Positions 20,303-21,782 of a stretch of DNA of 21,782 nucleotides are shown one piece after another (the stretch's first letter is position 1; each line of letters begins with the position of its first letter). Origin of the DNA: Elsinoe ampelina (lineage: Eukaryota). The stretch spans positions 1,443,147 through 1,464,928 of the forward strand of contig ML992505.1 of the NCBI GenBank assembly GCA_010093995.1, read 5' to 3'. Both the position numbers and the translations under genes were made by a program. The notes below the pieces were generated by a model, which saw only the letters and a list, made by a program, of their open reading frames with translations, searched no databases and was not told the origin of the DNA.

Positions 20303-21079
20303 TCAGAGATGTGCTGACGTCTTGATGGCACCCTCCTGCAACACCTTACCAGTCTGGAGTTGATCAGTCGAAGTAATAACGATGATGATATTGTACTCAC
20401 CTTGAGATAGTAGTCGTCCTCTCCCCTATCCGTCACTGCCAACCACAGACCGTCATCCATGATATCGACCATCACCCTCTGCCCCTTGTGTAGCCCGTAG
20501 TCAACCGTCGCAATCACCCCATAGATGTCCGGCTTCTCCATGACCACATCATCCACCATGTCCTGACCAACAATGTCGAAGTGATCGCTGACGACCATAC
20601 AGTCGTCCGTCAAGCCCGCCTGCTGCATCACTGCTTTAGCGATCATACCCCGGTTCTCCACCGCTGCATTCTCGATGCTGTAGCCCCAAGACACCAGTAC
20701 TCGACAGGTCTTCTTGGAGCCGGTGGCGCACATCCGGATTGCACACACCTTCGCAAACTCTTGCCCGCTCATCTTGCCCTCTTGGTATCGGACGAGGACC
20801 CAGTCTCCGACATGAATGCTGCGGATGACCGTGATCCGCTGGCCTCTAGCCTTGGTCGGATCAGTCTGTGAGATTGCTGAAGCATCAAGCCAGCTGACTG
20901 TTGGAGGTCAGTGATGGGTCTGGAAAGGGCAAGAGGGTGATACCTTCAGCAAAGTCTAGCTTCTCACCTCGTTGCCATTGATGAGCTTCTGATGCTGGTT
21001 GACCTGTATTGACGACGGACCAACCAACGTCTCCTTCGTGATTAAGTCTTGGAATGATTGTGAGACCTGCTCGAGACAT
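20303..21079 (-). CDS. Hypothetical protein with a probable divergent BAH domain. Exons 21079-20944, 20897-20401, 20353-20303; about 227 aa.
   Basis: Introns GTATCA..CTGAC..CAG (46 nt) and GTGAGT..CTGAT..CAG (47 nt) join three frames. The sequence IHVGDWVLVR..FAKVCAIR..VLVSWGYS..MVVSDHFDIV follows the BAH pattern (vGDxV, akI, vxWfY, SdhxDxi). Start codon uncertain; an in-frame ATG exists at 21214. Confidence 0.65.
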
Positions 21080-21644
21080 GCTTGCTGAATAGTAAATCTT
21101 TGGACTGCCAGTCGTAGAAGATGTGAAAGTGATGAGTGGTGGTGAGGTTGAGGGCGTAGATTTTGTGTGGTGTCGACTGGTCGTTCTTTCCACATCTGAA
21201 TGCACGGGATGCAATTGTTACCGCGTGAGTGTGATGCTTGCTGAAAGTGAAATGGACAATCGTCACGTGTGAGACAGATGCCAATCGGTGATGTGAATAC
21301 TAGTGCTTGACAATCGGCAAACATGTGATACTTGTCAAGAAGGAGCTGGCCATCGAATGTCACTGGAAAGCGGGCATGGCAACACCACGCAAATAGACCG
21401 CCACATCCGCTGGAGTCATCGCGATGAGTAGGATGTGGTGGTGAGTAAGTCATTGGATTGTAGTCGAAGTCCGGTAGTAGAAGGGGTGGGCCAAACCTTA
21501 ATTTCGACATCACTTGTGTTGTAATGGAAGGCTGGTACAGCTTCTCTGGTACTGAAGAACTGGTACTGATGAGTCAGCGCACGCACAGTAGATAAATCGG
21601 TTATTGTAACTCTCTGAATAAAACACACGTCTCTCGATCCGATT

Positions 21645-21782
21645 TGCTAGTTATAACAGGTTATAAGCCCGGCGCTTCTACAAAAGCACTTAAAGCTATA
21701 GCAAATTAAGCGTGTTATTATTAAAAGGATTACTAAGCCGCCTATACTAAATTCTGGACTAGCTATATTAAGACAAACACTT
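21645..21782. repeat. Start of an AT-rich, RIP-like tract (probable inactivated repeat continuing beyond the window)
   Basis: In 21651-21782 I count about 21 TpA against about 11 ApT, only 2 TpG and about 6 CpA, an abrupt change from upstream composition. No element identity is readable. Confidence 0.55.

Noticed and set aside
1..21782. tRNA, rRNA or intact transposase/reverse transcriptase genes
   Set aside because: None recognisable by eye; a covariance-model scan was not possible.

Overview
Gene-dense, intron-containing fungal DNA from a Pezizomycotina ascomycete (45-145 nt introns, CTRAY branch sites); finer taxonomy cannot be read from the sequence. Gene models were spliced by hand. In order: 3' end of a GH1 beta-glucosidase with an apparent homopolymer frameshift, TMA16, orphan A, VPS71/SWC6, a classical SDR with a GC-AG intron, orphan B, RBD2 rhomboid head-to-head with GAA1, HNT1, a Pro/Ser-rich hypothetical protein, a secreted beta-helix protein, an ACS-family MFS transporter, a small BAH-like protein, and the edge of a TpA-rich, RIP-like tract. 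Main novelty: orphans A (2198-2993, -) and B (6866-7788, +) are diverged paralogues of a family I do not recognise. Each sits in a dense cloud of the heptamer CTACCAG/CTGGTAG (6 and 16 exact copies). The heptamer forms the 3' splice site of five introns, and in B it brackets the branch point as CTACCAG-N12-CTGGTAG within tandemly duplicated microexon-intron units. All counts and alignments are by hand; no searches were run.
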